Shown here: positions 27,450 to 36,591 of the stretch, piece by piece | How the letters are laid out: the number at the start of each line of letters is the position of its first letter | How positions within the stretch are numbered: position 1 is the first letter of the stretch | Origin: a virus | Taxonomy: Duplodnaviria > Caudoviricetes | IMG/VR virus record: IMGVR_UViG_3300025137_000002 | Span: 1 to 54,235 of that record | Strand: one strand, 5' to 3' | DNA: 54,235 nucleotides | Notes under the pieces: model-generated | What the model saw: the letters and a program-made list of their open reading frames with translations, nothing else | What the model was told of the DNA's origin: nothing | The model's database searches: none | Program-made: the position numbers and the translations under genes

Positions 27450-28133
27450 ATGATAGATTTATTAAATGAATGTATTAAAAAAATTGACGCTTTACCAAAT
27501 GAGGCACCTCACAAGGCTAATATTAAAGGTAAGTGGTATTCAATAGTTGCTACGAGAGTGAGCATATTCAGGGAGGTATTTGGAACTGATGCAAACATCA
27601 AAACCGAAGTCTTACATGATGACCTTGAAAGAGTAGTAATGAAAACAACTATATTTGCCCGTCAGCAAGGCGTGTGGGAAGAAATTGCCCATGGTCATGC
27701 CGAGGAATTTAGAGGTGCGAATATGATTAATAAAACTTCTGCTGTAGAGAACTGTGAGACGAGTGCCATAGGAAGAGCATTGGCTAATCTAGGTTTAAGT
27801 GGTGGAGAGTTTGCTTCGTCTTTTGAAGTTGATAGTGCTATCAATAATAAAGAATCAGCACCCGATGTTAAGGAAACATATCAAACGCGATATGTAATGC
27901 TTAATGATAAAGGTGCGAAGATATCTAGTTACACAGATGTTGATAAGTACCTTACAGCCTTGGCGTTGGTACTTGGTCAAAATGCACAAGCAAAAGATAG
28001 TGTAAGAGCAGATGCTTACTACAAGCATAATAGAGCTACTATCAAAAATGTTTATGCTGACCTACCAGATGCACATAAGAAGAAAAAGGCTTTCAATGAT
28101 TTGATTGTCGCTTATGAGAATCGTGAAAACTAG
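27450..28133 (+). CDS. Single-strand annealing protein-like (Rad52/Sak-like)
   Basis: IKGKWY..VA.RV, GHAEE, SAVENCETSAIGRALANLG; adjacent to the exonuclease. Confidence 0.7.
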   Translation: MIDLLNECIKKIDALPNEAPHKANIKGKWYSIVATRVSIFREVFGTDANIKTEVLHDDLERVVMKTTIFARQQGVWEEIAHGHAEEFRGANMINKTSAVENCETSAIGRALANLGLSGGEFASSFEVDSAINNKESAPDVKETYQTRYVMLNDKGAKISSYTDVDKYLTALALVLGQNAQAKDSVRADAYYKHNRATIKNVYADLPDAHKKKKAFNDLIVAYENREN

Positions 28134-28428
28134 AACTCTAAAAGATTCAGTCTTTATTTGCCTTATGAATGGTAAGTGGTGGACATTTTGGGATTTGAAG
28201 TCAGAAATATACGATAAGGTTGGTCGCTTCTATGACCACACATCAATATCTGCCTCACTTCGTGAAATACGCCATTTACCTAGTAGGCAAAGATACGGAC
28301 TCCCTTTAGATATGAATATTGAAGTCATAGCTAGGCGAAAAAGGGAAGATGGTAAAGGGCATGAATACAAGTTGAATTTAACTGAAATTGAAATTGCTAA
28401 AATTAAGGAGAAAAAAAATGCAAGATGA
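28114..28428 (+). CDS. Hypothetical protein, possible winged helix
   Basis: W.T..DL...SISASLREIR pattern; coupled within the operon. Confidence 0.55.
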   Translation: MRIVKTRTLKDSVFICLMNGKWWTFWDLKSEIYDKVGRFYDHTSISASLREIRHLPSRQRYGLPLDMNIEVIARRKREDGKGHEYKLNLTEIEIAKIKEKKNAR

Positions 28429-28879
28429 ATTTAAAAACGCACCTAGAACGGGACGACTGTTTGCTGAAAACCAAGTCCAATGCGTGAGGAAAGGAACTAT
28501 CAGTACCCCGTGTGAGCCATACACAAATGATGAGGGAGAACTGGTTACAGATGAAGATAGATATTATTCAATACTGCTTTACACCAAAAGGAATGCTAAA
28601 GGCGATGTAGAGTACCAAAAGTATGAGTTATGTTTATCAGTTGGTAGGTTATATATCAACGATAAAAAGAATGAGAACAGTCCTGATATTGATGGTCCTG
28701 TGACTATTGATGGTCAGAAGTTCAAATTCTGTGGTTGGAAGAAAACAGCTTCTAATGATAAAGAGTTCACGAAAGTGACTCTGTATGAAAAAGAAGATGT
28801 AGAGCCTACTGGTGAACTTGAAAACAGCGACGCTCCTTTTCCTCAAGATACCATAACAGATGAGGACATTCCTTTTTAG
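28418..28879 (+). CDS. Putative single-stranded DNA-binding protein
   Basis: KNENSPD..G.V.IDG....GWKK and acidic DEDIPF tail; AGGAG RBS. Confidence 0.7.
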   Translation: MQDEFKNAPRTGRLFAENQVQCVRKGTISTPCEPYTNDEGELVTDEDRYYSILLYTKRNAKGDVEYQKYELCLSVGRLYINDKKNENSPDIDGPVTIDGQKFKFCGWKKTASNDKEFTKVTLYEKEDVEPTGELENSDAPFPQDTITDEDIPF

Positions 28880-28882
28880 ATT

Positions 28883-29191
28883 ATGAAAGTATTTCAAGCA
28901 CTACAAATCCAACATGTCTTAGATGGGAGGCAAATCCCGTCAGACATGATGGACGAACACCTTGTCTACTATTCTGAATCACGAAAATCATTTGTAAGGA
29001 TTGTTGATATGGATATTGCTCATTTAGTAAGAGCATTTAATAAACTATATCAGCCGAATGAATATGATGAACCGGTTGCAGAAGAATTATCTAAAGCAGA
29101 TAAAGAGGAGTTGGCCTCATTAAGATTAATGCGAATGGATACCATTGAAAAAATCCGTGAATTATTACACGGGAAGGATAACGAAATATGA
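28883..29191 (+). CDS. Hypothetical protein
   Basis: ORF within the operon. Confidence 0.6.
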   Translation: MKVFQALQIQHVLDGRQIPSDMMDEHLVYYSESRKSFVRIVDMDIAHLVRAFNKLYQPNEYDEPVAEELSKADKEELASLRLMRMDTIEKIRELLHGKDNEI

Positions 29192-29337
29192 AAAAGAAAG
29201 TTGATAAAACTGAAAAAAGAAAACTGAAACTGTCTGATATTGATAAAGCAATAAAAGATAAATTAAAACAAGATGGCATTAAAGATAAATGGATAGGCAA
29301 ACATTTAACTATTGATGTTATCGGATTTGAGGATTAG
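29188..29337 (+). CDS. Small basic hypothetical protein (49 aa, not in track)
   Basis: MKKKVDKTEKRK...VIGFED; ATGA coupling and AAGGA RBS. Confidence 0.5.
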   Translation: MKKKVDKTEKRKLKLSDIDKAIKDKLKQDGIKDKWIGKHLTIDVIGFED

Positions 29338-29339
29338 AT

Positions 29340-29516
29340 ATGCTACTAAAATTTAATACAGGGAAACCTAATACTGCCACTGTTCAATTTAGGATTGACC
29401 CAGAGACAAGAAAGAAACTAACAATGTTGAGAAATCATTATGGTGTCACCACCGGAGTATTGATTAAAGAAATGATTATTCAATCTTACCAAAGCATTAC
29501 GCCAAAATCCAAATGA
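29340..29516 (+). CDS. Ribbon-helix-helix DNA-binding protein (58 aa, not in track)
   Basis: TVQFRIDPETRKKLTMLRNHYGVTTGVLIKEMI fits the RHH pattern; GAGGA RBS. Confidence 0.6.
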   Translation: MLLKFNTGKPNTATVQFRIDPETRKKLTMLRNHYGVTTGVLIKEMIIQSYQSITPKSK

Positions 29517-29776
29517 GTGATTCAAAAATGTTTATATATAACGACTATGGATATAACTCAAATAACTCTATAGCGATTATATGGTCAGTAGAAGATGTTC
29601 AACAGGTAGTTGAAGATTATGAACTTAAAGTGAGGCTAACTCATGATGAGTGTATGGAAGTATTAACTTATATGGAAAGAAAAGCCGATTGTAATTATGG
29701 GGTATGTTGGGAAAATATCTATGATGCGATACTATATGTACATGAAGAAAAGTTCCCGAAAGAAAAAAAAGGTTAG
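29513..29776 (+). CDS. Hypothetical protein
   Basis: Coupled ORF containing IIWSVEDV. Confidence 0.6.
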   Translation: MSDSKMFIYNDYGYNSNNSIAIIWSVEDVQQVVEDYELKVRLTHDECMEVLTYMERKADCNYGVCWENIYDAILYVHEEKFPKEKKG

Positions 29777-30110
29777 ATATGAAAACCGGCAACACCTTGA
29801 ATATGTGGCTACTTTGCCTTGTATGATAAGTAGAGCCGGATTCATAACACACTCAGGTCCCATTCAGGTACACCATTTATTGAAACCAAGTGATGGTAAG
29901 CGAGGGTGGGGTTTGCGTGCCGGAGATGACCAAGTTGTCCCTTTATGTGCACATCATCATGCTGAACTACATACAAAAATTGGTAACGAGTTTAAATTTT
30001 TTGAGAAGTATGGAATGAAAGCCGATGCAGGGCAACAGTACGCAAAAGAGTTATTTGAAGGAACTAACTCACAAGATGATGAATATTTTGACGATAATTT
30101 ACCATTTTAG
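29742..30110 (+). CDS. DUF968-like / HNH-like metal-binding protein
   Basis: HLEYVATLPC, VHHL, DDQVVPLCAHHHAELH. Confidence 0.7.
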   Translation: MKKSSRKKKKVRYENRQHLEYVATLPCMISRAGFITHSGPIQVHHLLKPSDGKRGWGLRAGDDQVVPLCAHHHAELHTKIGNEFKFFEKYGMKADAGQQYAKELFEGTNSQDDEYFDDNLPF

Positions 30111-30128
30111 TCATGAAAAACACTTATT

Positions 30129-30147
30129 TATTCCAAAAAGGGTTTAC
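30129..30147 (+). promoter_or_regulatory. Conserved phage promoter/operator motif, copy 3
   Basis: Exact 19-mer upstream of a small-ORF cluster. Confidence 0.85.
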
Positions 30148-30204
30148 GAACATGCAAAAATGATTAAAATGATATGTATAAATTGAAAAAAGGAGAATTG
30201 AAAA

Positions 30205-30357
30205 ATGACTTACTTAACTTACGAAACTACTCAAGAAGCCAGAATTGCTTACATTGAGTCTTACAGATTGGTTCATAACTCTGAACCTCAAAATATTGAA
30301 GGACGCTCAAGAGCGTGGTTCTGTTTACAGAATCATTCACTTAGGAGGTCTGTATAA
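30205..30357 (+). CDS. Small hypothetical protein (50 aa, not in track)
   Basis: AAGGAG RBS; MTYLTYETTQEAR...; TAATG coupling. Confidence 0.6.
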   Translation: MTYLTYETTQEARIAYIESYRLVHNSEPQNIEGRSRAWFCLQNHSLRRSV

Positions 30358-30785
30358 TGATTACTGTATATCACGCGACTGAGTTCATGAACAACGAGAA
30401 GCCTTACCAAAAAGTTGCTTCTATCAAAACTGTATCTTTCCAACATGCCTACAGATTAACTAATAATGTTGATGAGGCTTGGGTTGATAATCTAGATGTC
30501 AAATTAGAATGTGAATTACCTGAAGGTCAAAATAGCCTTAGGTCTACTTCTTCCGGCGATGTAATGATTCTTGATGAAGGTACAGACGACGAATTAGTAT
30601 TCTTTTTAGTTCCTATGGGTAATGGTCCTAGAGGTAATAGGATTTATGAAAACAGTGGCGATACTGAAGAAATAAATAACTTTGATGCTAATGGGTTCTT
30701 CTATAACGGGAATCATAAAATCTACGCTAAAGACGGGAGCCTCATGGCTATCTTTACTAAGCCTTCTAATCAGGAGGCTTCATAA
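30357..30785 (+). CDS. Hypothetical early protein
   Basis: AGGAGG RBS; AYRLTNN...RSTSSGDV. Confidence 0.7.
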   Translation: MITVYHATEFMNNEKPYQKVASIKTVSFQHAYRLTNNVDEAWVDNLDVKLECELPEGQNSLRSTSSGDVMILDEGTDDELVFFLVPMGNGPRGNRIYENSGDTEEINNFDANGFFYNGNHKIYAKDGSLMAIFTKPSNQEAS

Positions 30786-31018
30786 TGTCTAAACCAAAAA
30801 TGCACCCTAGCGTACAGCGTGAAATTAGAGCATGTAATCTTGATGAATTATATGCTTTGTTCAGAGAGTGTATCGGTAATACTAAAATACACAAAGATGA
30901 TAAGCCAGTCCTTCTGGCTTATATTGAAATGAGAATTAAAAAACTTCAAAAAAAAGCAGACTATGAAGATACAGAAATGTCAGATAGTGCTTACATAAAA
31001 AAATGGGGGAGTAAATAA
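30785..31018 (+). CDS. Hypothetical protein
   Basis: AGGAGG RBS, coupled. Confidence 0.65.
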   Translation: MSKPKMHPSVQREIRACNLDELYALFRECIGNTKIHKDDKPVLLAYIEMRIKKLQKKADYEDTEMSDSAYIKKWGSK

Positions 31019-31350
31019 TGAAGCTTTTAACTAAAGAAATAAAAAGATTGCTTGATAGCAACAACGAGAGGGATTCTGAAGATAGAGTCCCGTACCTCAA
31101 ACTTTTCAATCCTTGTGGCTCAGCTACTTGGTTGTTGACTGAGTTCAATGAGGGTAGTGGCTTGTTCTTCGGGTTATGTGACCTAGGTTTCGGTAGTCCT
31201 GAACTTGGTTATGTATCGCTAGAGGAGATAGAAGGAGTTGAACTGCCCTTAGGATTGAAGATTGAACGGGACATGTGGTGGGAGCCTGAGGGTACTCTCA
31301 TTGAATACTATAATAAGGCGAGAGCCGAGGGGGAGATATGCAATCTGTAA
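31018..31350 (+). CDS. DUF2958-like protein
   Basis: KLFNP.GSATWLLTE, FGLCDLG.G.PELGYVSL.E, IERD. Confidence 0.75.
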   Translation: MKLLTKEIKRLLDSNNERDSEDRVPYLKLFNPCGSATWLLTEFNEGSGLFFGLCDLGFGSPELGYVSLEEIEGVELPLGLKIERDMWWEPEGTLIEYYNKARAEGEICNL

Positions 31351-31511
31351 TTTATAGAGTCTATCAAGACTATATGGGTGGCGAGGTTTACTGTATGCAA
31401 ACAACTGACTTGAAAATGGCTATCGCTAAACTTTCAAGACTACATGCAGAAGGTCTTAAAGCAAATATCAAAACTAAACGCAAAGGAGAGCCGAAAGATG
31501 CTTGGCAGTAA
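31338..31511 (+). CDS. Small hypothetical protein (57 aa, not in track)
   Basis: GGGGAG RBS; MQSVIYRVYQDYMGG... Confidence 0.5.
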   Translation: MQSVIYRVYQDYMGGEVYCMQTTDLKMAIAKLSRLHAEGLKANIKTKRKGEPKDAWQ

Positions 31512-31842
31512 AGAAGAACTCATGGAGTTTGAAGATTATGTTGACAGAGAAATGTGCGAGTTTTTAATCGGTCTACAGAATCGTATTAACAATAAAATTG
31601 AAAAAGACGAACTTACTTTTTCAGGAACAATTGAAGATTATATGGACGAAAGTGAACTCAACAATATAAAGACATTACAGGGCGAGTTATACAAACAGAC
31701 CCTTTCATACTGCGTTGCAAAGAATCGCACGCAGAGAGAGGCTCCGGCTATCCTAAGTACATATATTAAGTATGTACAGGTTTGCGTTGAATCTGATTGG
31801 GCAGAAGGTCAAATGGGAGGCAGTAATGGACAATACCATTAA
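31498..31842 (+). CDS. Hypothetical protein
   Basis: AGGAG RBS before ATG 31498. Confidence 0.6.
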   Translation: MLGSKEELMEFEDYVDREMCEFLIGLQNRINNKIEKDELTFSGTIEDYMDESELNNIKTLQGELYKQTLSYCVAKNRTQREAPAILSTYIKYVQVCVESDWAEGQMGGSNGQYH

Positions 31843-31996
31843 AATATACGATAGGTGCAAAATTAAAGGCACAACATTCTTCGGTCAGTATCTTGGTCAA
31901 GATAACGATGGCATGGTATATTTTCATGACGAGGAAACACAAAAAATTGAAAAGGTAAAGAAAGATAAACTAATCAAAGCCTATGAAAAATATTAA
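31826..31996 (+). CDS. Hypothetical protein
   Basis: GGAGG RBS before ATG 31826. Confidence 0.55.
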   Translation: MDNTIKIYDRCKIKGTTFFGQYLGQDNDGMVYFHDEETQKIEKVKKDKLIKAYEKY

Positions 31997-32210
31997 GGGG
32001 AAAATAATGCAAGTACATCCGTATCCAGAATTTCATTACAGCGACACTCAATCTTATGACGAAAACTATTACAAGTGGAAAGATATGTCAGATTATGAAG
32101 CCAAACAAGAATGTAGAAATCCATACACTGAAGATGAAGGAAAAAGTATCTTCAGAAAGATGTGGGGTTATAAGGCTCTTACAGGATTGAATGTAAATCG
32201 GGTATTTTAG
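31983..32210 (+). CDS. Hypothetical protein
   Basis: ORF within the operon. Confidence 0.55.
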   Translation: MKNIKGKIMQVHPYPEFHYSDTQSYDENYYKWKDMSDYEAKQECRNPYTEDEGKSIFRKMWGYKALTGLNVNRVF

Positions 32211-32211
32211 T

Positions 32212-32475
32212 TTGGATACCTTTATAGCGATTATTCTATGCATCTTATCCGGTTTGTTCGCTTGGGGTTCAGCTTGTGCTGTAAACAATAAGAAGCTATC
32301 TAACCGGTTAAGAAAAAACAGCGTAAATAAAAACACTAGGTCGCCTAGGTATGGGAAATTAATTCAATGCCCTAAGTGTGCTGAACAAACTAGAGTTTAT
32401 CATTTTTCTTGGTCAGCGATTGTTTGTGATAACTGTGAACAAACTGTAGATAAGTTTAGTTGGCGTATAGACTAA
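32212..32475 (+). CDS. Membrane-anchored Zn-ribbon protein
   Basis: N-terminal hydrophobic helix; CPKC...CDNC. Confidence 0.5.
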   Translation: MDTFIAIILCILSGLFAWGSACAVNNKKLSNRLRKNSVNKNTRSPRYGKLIQCPKCAEQTRVYHFSWSAIVCDNCEQTVDKFSWRID

Positions 32476-32696
32476 GTTTTCGCTGTTTCTGATTGATACA
32501 TAATATTTAATCCGGCTAATGTACATAGCCTATTCTTTTCGTCTTTACCTTTATCTGATAGTTCAGCTTTATCGCCTTTGACTTCAACATAGCCTTCTTT
32601 TATTAAGTCAGTCAATAAATCACTAGGCATATTATCCCCGAACATTATTGACAATATACCACCTAGTCTTTTGGTTTGCGTTTTGCTTAATGCCAT
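32472..32696 (-). CDS. Hypothetical protein (last gene of the late operon)
   Basis: 74-aa ORF converging on the early arm. Confidence 0.6.
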   Translation of the reverse strand: MALSKTQTKRLGGILSIMFGDNMPSDLLTDLIKEGYVEVKGDKAELSDKGKDEKNRLCTLAGLNIMYQSETAKT

Positions 32697-32833
32697 TTGA
32701 CTTCTTTCAAATCCTCATAAAGCTCATGTGCTATTAATATTTCTGATTCAGTGAGGTTATCATCATGCAATGCTTTTTTTAATAATTTTACAATTAATGG
32801 AAGTTCTTCATCTTCTCTAATAATTATGCTCAT
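32687..32833 (-). CDS. Small hypothetical protein (48 aa, not in track)
   Basis: Fills the gap between the lysozyme and the ORF at 32696: MSIIIREDEELPL... Confidence 0.4.
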   Translation of the reverse strand: MSIIIREDEELPLIVKLLKKALHDDNLTESEILIAHELYEDLKEVKWH

Positions 32834-32834
32834 A

Positions 32835-33278
32835 TTAGATATGTGACCAGTCCTCGCCTTCAAATAATAATGCTTCTGCTTCCCTTCTACGAATTAAACC
32901 TTCAAGAACTTTCCCACCGGCTTTATTCCATCTTTTTATTTGGGTAGGTACTTCCTCGTACGCTCCTGAATTTAAAACTTTCAACATTGTTGATGACTTC
33001 AAATTGGCAGGTCCTAAATTGAAACACCATGCAACTAAAGAATCAAATTGATACTGTGATAGTGGTACTTCAACTAATTGTTCTACATACCCCTCAAATT
33101 CTTCTAAATCTAATTTAAGCATTTCTTCAGCGTGTTCTTGTGACCAATTCTGACCAGATTGAGCAGTTCTAGTATGCCCATATCCTATTGTCAGTACATT
33201 AGCCGAGCAAAAATATGGCTCTAACCGACAACCTTCAAATTTCTTTATTAAACTAATTCCTTCTTGAGATGTCTGCAT
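32835..33278 (-). CDS. Endolysin, GH24 phage lysozyme
   Basis: LIKKFEG, TIGYGHT, QFDSLV.W.FNLG, SSTMLK.LN, RWNKAGGKVL.GL.RRREAE. Start placed at ATG 33278. Confidence 0.93.
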   Translation of the reverse strand: MQTSQEGISLIKKFEGCRLEPYFCSANVLTIGYGHTRTAQSGQNWSQEHAEEMLKLDLEEFEGYVEQLVEVPLSQYQFDSLVAWCFNLGPANLKSSTMLKVLNSGAYEEVPTQIKRWNKAGGKVLEGLIRRREAEALLFEGEDWSHI

Positions 33279-33279
33279 T

Positions 33280-33675
33280 TTATTCCCCCCACGACCCATC
33301 TTCTTTAACATGACCTGTCTTTTTTCCACCCCAGTATTCAACTGCGTGACCTTCATCAATAAGCATTTGGCAAACGCTTTTACCATCGTCTGTATAAGGG
33401 ATACCAAGTATTCTCCCATATTTGCCTTTTCCTAATGATTGTATCTTGAATGAATCTTCGCATATTTCTATAAGCCTATCTTTGGCTTTTAGACCTAATG
33501 CTTTTTCCTCTAAGTTTCTTGTTCGTGATTCAGGCGTATCAATACCTGCTAATCTCACCCGTTGTTTGTGTAGCTTTACATCAAAGCCTAAATCAAGCAC
33601 TACATCTATGGTGTCTCCATCTACTACCCTGTCTAAAATTGCATTATAAACAAATGGCGTAATGCTATCAGACAT
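33280..33675 (-). CDS. Thermonuclease (SNase-like)
   Basis: RVVDGDT, VRLAGIDTPE, GKYGRILG. Confidence 0.88.
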   Translation of the reverse strand: MSDSITPFVYNAILDRVVDGDTIDVVLDLGFDVKLHKQRVRLAGIDTPESRTRNLEEKALGLKAKDRLIEICEDSFKIQSLGKGKYGRILGIPYTDDGKSVCQMLIDEGHAVEYWGGKKTGHVKEDGSWGE

Positions 33676-33677
33676 GA

Positions 33678-33845
33678 TTACTTATCCTTTGCTTTCATAA
33701 TGTTAAGAGCCAGTAGCTCAATAACTGAATACAATTTTTTAATCATATTATCGTCTTTTGGTGTCGGAGTTAAAGCACAGATGATTGATGCACCGCATAC
33801 AACAGCTGTTATTATTCCTAACCACTCTCCTATAAATCCAAACAT
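33678..33845 (-). CDS. Small membrane protein, holin candidate (55 aa, not in track)
   Basis: GAGGAGG RBS; MFGFIGEWLGIITAVVCGASIICALTPTPKDD...LALNIMKAKDK. Confidence 0.7.
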   Translation of the reverse strand: MFGFIGEWLGIITAVVCGASIICALTPTPKDDNMIKKLYSVIELLALNIMKAKDK

Positions 33846-33887
33846 AATATCCTCCTCTGGTTTAATAAGAACCTTGATTCTAACCTG

Positions 33888-34262
33888 TTAATCATTTTTT
33901 TGCGAGTTTTCGTCATCATCATCATATTCCCTATAAAACTCAATAATGTGTAATGTATCCTGTAGATACCTTTTTATTTCTGCCATGTTCATAGATAAAT
34001 TTTCATATTCTTTAGTCGTCAAAGAATAGTAAGCAGAAATGGGAGCAGAGCCGTCCTCCAAATCTTTTAGATACTGTTCCATCAATTGAGGAGTCATGAC
34101 AGTCCAATCTACATCCACCATTTGGATTTCTAGGGGGAGTGGTGGGTGATACATTGGGGGACGCTCTGAAATCGTTCTGACCTCAACGGGCTTAGTTTGA
34201 CTAGGTATCATTGAACACCCAGCAAACATAAAACATAAACTAACTATCAGAAGATTTTTCAT
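33888..34262 (-). CDS. Lipoprotein, probable o-spanin
   Basis: Lipobox FAGC, Pro-rich segment, overlaps the i-spanin-like gene. Confidence 0.7.
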   Translation of the reverse strand: MKNLLIVSLCFMFAGCSMIPSQTKPVEVRTISERPPMYHPPLPLEIQMVDVDWTVMTPQLMEQYLKDLEDGSAPISAYYSLTTKEYENLSMNMAEIKRYLQDTLHIIEFYREYDDDDENSQKND

Positions 34263-34650
34263 CTTTCTCAAATTGTTTTGGGTCGCTTATTTTTTCAAAG
34301 TCGGCTTTTAATCTTTTGACGGCTTTGTTAATTTTAATTTCTATGAGTCCGGGTTTAGCTAGAGCAAGAGCATCTAGATCATGGTTCGCAAATGTTGACC
34401 TAAGTTTATTTACCTCTCTGGCAGTTTCTTGATTCTGTGCTGACAATTTATTATTTTGCTCTTGTAGTTGTACAGCTTTAGCTAGATGTTCAGCTATAGC
34501 ATCATTTTGTTGTTGTATTGAATTTTCTAGAGCTAGTTGATTGCCTTTGAGAACCGATATTTGGTCTAACAATCTATCTATATACCAAGAACTACCACTT
34601 ACTGATAGTATGAGCATGATACCTAGTGCGACTGCAATTTTAGTTCCCAT
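34240..34650 (-). CDS. Probable i-spanin
   Basis: N-terminal TM plus long coiled coil, LA.AKPGLIE motif. Confidence 0.7.
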   Translation of the reverse strand: MGTKIAVALGIMLILSVSGSSWYIDRLLDQISVLKGNQLALENSIQQQNDAIAEHLAKAVQLQEQNNKLSAQNQETAREVNKLRSTFANHDLDALALAKPGLIEIKINKAVKRLKADFEKISDPKQFEKDEKSSDS

Positions 34651-34673
34651 ATTGGAATTATTACCTCTACCGG

Positions 34674-36476
34674 TTATTTTTGCAACTTTCTTACTTCATC
34701 ATTTATTAAAGGAGCATATATTGTGACTGCTTCTTCTTTACCTTTTACTTTTATTTCATCAATAAGAGATACTGGCATGTCAATTAATTGACGGGTATAT
34801 TCTGAAATTAATATTGGAGTATCATATTTCCTAGTTGCCACTTCAAGTCTTGCCGATAAATTGACAGCATCGCCTATAACCGAATAATCAAACCTTGATT
34901 CAGAACCCATATTACCTACGATACAAGTCCCAGTATTTATACCTGTCCCAAATTTGACAGGTGGCATGTCAGATAATTGACTATTTAATTCTTCAGCTAA
35001 CAACTCAATCTCTATAGCCGACTTCAGTGCTAATTTGGCATGTTCTTTGCATTCAATAGGTGCATTCCAAAAAGCCATAATACAGTCGCCCATGTATTTG
35101 TCTATTGTTCCACCATTAGCCAATATGATATTAGTCATCTTATCTAAGAACATATTTATTAATTCAACTAATCCTTCAGGGTCATCAGCCTGTTTATACT
35201 TTTCGCTTATAGGCGTGAATCCTACAATGTCTGTAAACAGGAAAGTCATTTCTTTTCTTTCGCCACCTAACTTCATCATAGACGGGTCTTTAACTAATAT
35301 ATTGACCATGTCCGGTGATAGGTATGTAGAGAATTGGCCTTTGATTTGTTTGGCGAGTTTCCATTGTTCTTTAAACCTTAAATAGAAAGCAGTTGAGCCA
35401 GTCAAGAATTGAGATATTACTGCCCATGTAACATCAATCAATAAACCGGAAGCAATTAATGTAATACCACTATATATAGTTACAGCTATTATCAATATCG
35501 CTGATGTTATACCTGCGTAAACATTCATAAATGTTATACATAACCAAACGAAAAGAAGTGATATAACTATTATTGATATTTCAGCTATCAGGGAGTATTC
35601 AGGTATCCGAGGACTGTCGGGTATTAGTATTGACTCACTAAGTGCTGACTGAATTTTATGTGGCTCTAATAGTCCTACTGGGGTTGCTATTTGAGGCATG
35701 ACGCCTTTAGCAGTAACTCCTATAAAAACGAATTTACCATTAACATCCATTTCTTGTAAGGTAGTTTGAGGAGTATCCACCCATGATATCCATTTTCTTC
35801 CTAAAGTATCAGTCTTAACCGGCTCTAAACCTTGCACAACAACTTCTTCAATTCCTAATTCATTAGTCTTAATAATGTATGTCCCGTTTCCGGCTAGTGC
35901 TTTCATTACCTCTGTGCCGAAAGATGATACATAGCCGTCTGGCGTTTTATAAAGTAATGGTATTCTTCTTACTAATAAATCAACATCAGTCGGAGCCGAT
36001 GAAATACCTTGACCTGCAGAACTTTTTAGAATGTCAATGTTTTCAACGACCCCTTCAGACATGATACCACCTGCATTATCGCCTAAAATGACTGTGCCAC
36101 TTGGTTCGGGATAAAGTCCGTTAGGTACAGCAAACATACTTAAAATGGAACCACCATAATTTAACACTTGTGCGAATGCTTCATCGCCACCCAATCTATC
36201 AGGTTGTGGGAAAGATATTACCCAACCAACGCCCAAAGCACCTTTGTTAAGTAGTTGTACATGAATCTCTGCAAGCCTCTGCCTAGGTAAAGGGTAGCCA
36301 CCTTCTCTCGCTACATCTTCTTCGGTAATGTTCAGTATCGTGAAATATCCTGATGGCTCATATTGTTTTACAAATCTATCAAATGTTTTAAGTTTTAATG
36401 TTTCAGTAGGTGTCGTTTGGTAAACCAAAGGTAGTGATAGGATAAAGATAATTGGGATAATCAAATACTTCATCAA
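34674..36476 (-). CDS. CHASE2-domain class III adenylate/guanylate cyclase
   Basis: CHASE2 (I.EE.V...GGYPLPR, D.LVRRIPL, VFIGVTA, TPVG), TM helices, cyclase motifs FLFTDIVGFT, IDKYMGDCIMAFW, GINTG, RFDYSVIGDAVNLSARLE. Confidence 0.93.
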   Translation of the reverse strand: MMKYLIIPIIFILSLPLVYQTTPTETLKLKTFDRFVKQYEPSGYFTILNITEEDVAREGGYPLPRQRLAEIHVQLLNKGALGVGWVISFPQPDRLGGDEAFAQVLNYGGSILSMFAVPNGLYPEPSGTVILGDNAGGIMSEGVVENIDILKSSAGQGISSAPTDVDLLVRRIPLLYKTPDGYVSSFGTEVMKALAGNGTYIIKTNELGIEEVVVQGLEPVKTDTLGRKWISWVDTPQTTLQEMDVNGKFVFIGVTAKGVMPQIATPVGLLEPHKIQSALSESILIPDSPRIPEYSLIAEISIIVISLLFVWLCITFMNVYAGITSAILIIAVTIYSGITLIASGLLIDVTWAVISQFLTGSTAFYLRFKEQWKLAKQIKGQFSTYLSPDMVNILVKDPSMMKLGGERKEMTFLFTDIVGFTPISEKYKQADDPEGLVELINMFLDKMTNIILANGGTIDKYMGDCIMAFWNAPIECKEHAKLALKSAIEIELLAEELNSQLSDMPPVKFGTGINTGTCIVGNMGSESRFDYSVIGDAVNLSARLEVATRKYDTPILISEYTRQLIDMPVSLIDEIKVKGKEEAVTIYAPLINDEVRKLQK

Positions 36477-36506
36477 GTAACTGTAGCATAAAGTAAATAA
36501 TATTAT

Positions 36507-36525
36507 TATTCCAAAAAGGGTTTAC
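36507..36525 (+). promoter_or_regulatory. Conserved phage promoter/operator motif, copy 4
   Basis: Exact 19-mer; downstream ATGATGATAATGAAATGGTTG is shared with copy 1. Confidence 0.85.
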
Positions 36526-36591
36526 TTTTCTAAAATAATGATGATAATGAAATGGTTGATACTGTAAATTGATAAATAGGAGAAATTGAAT

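Noticed and set aside
33279-33419. N-terminal extension of the lysozyme in the ORF track (possible SAR/signal)
   Set aside because: It overlaps the SNase gene; ATG 33278 gives a canonical GH24 start.
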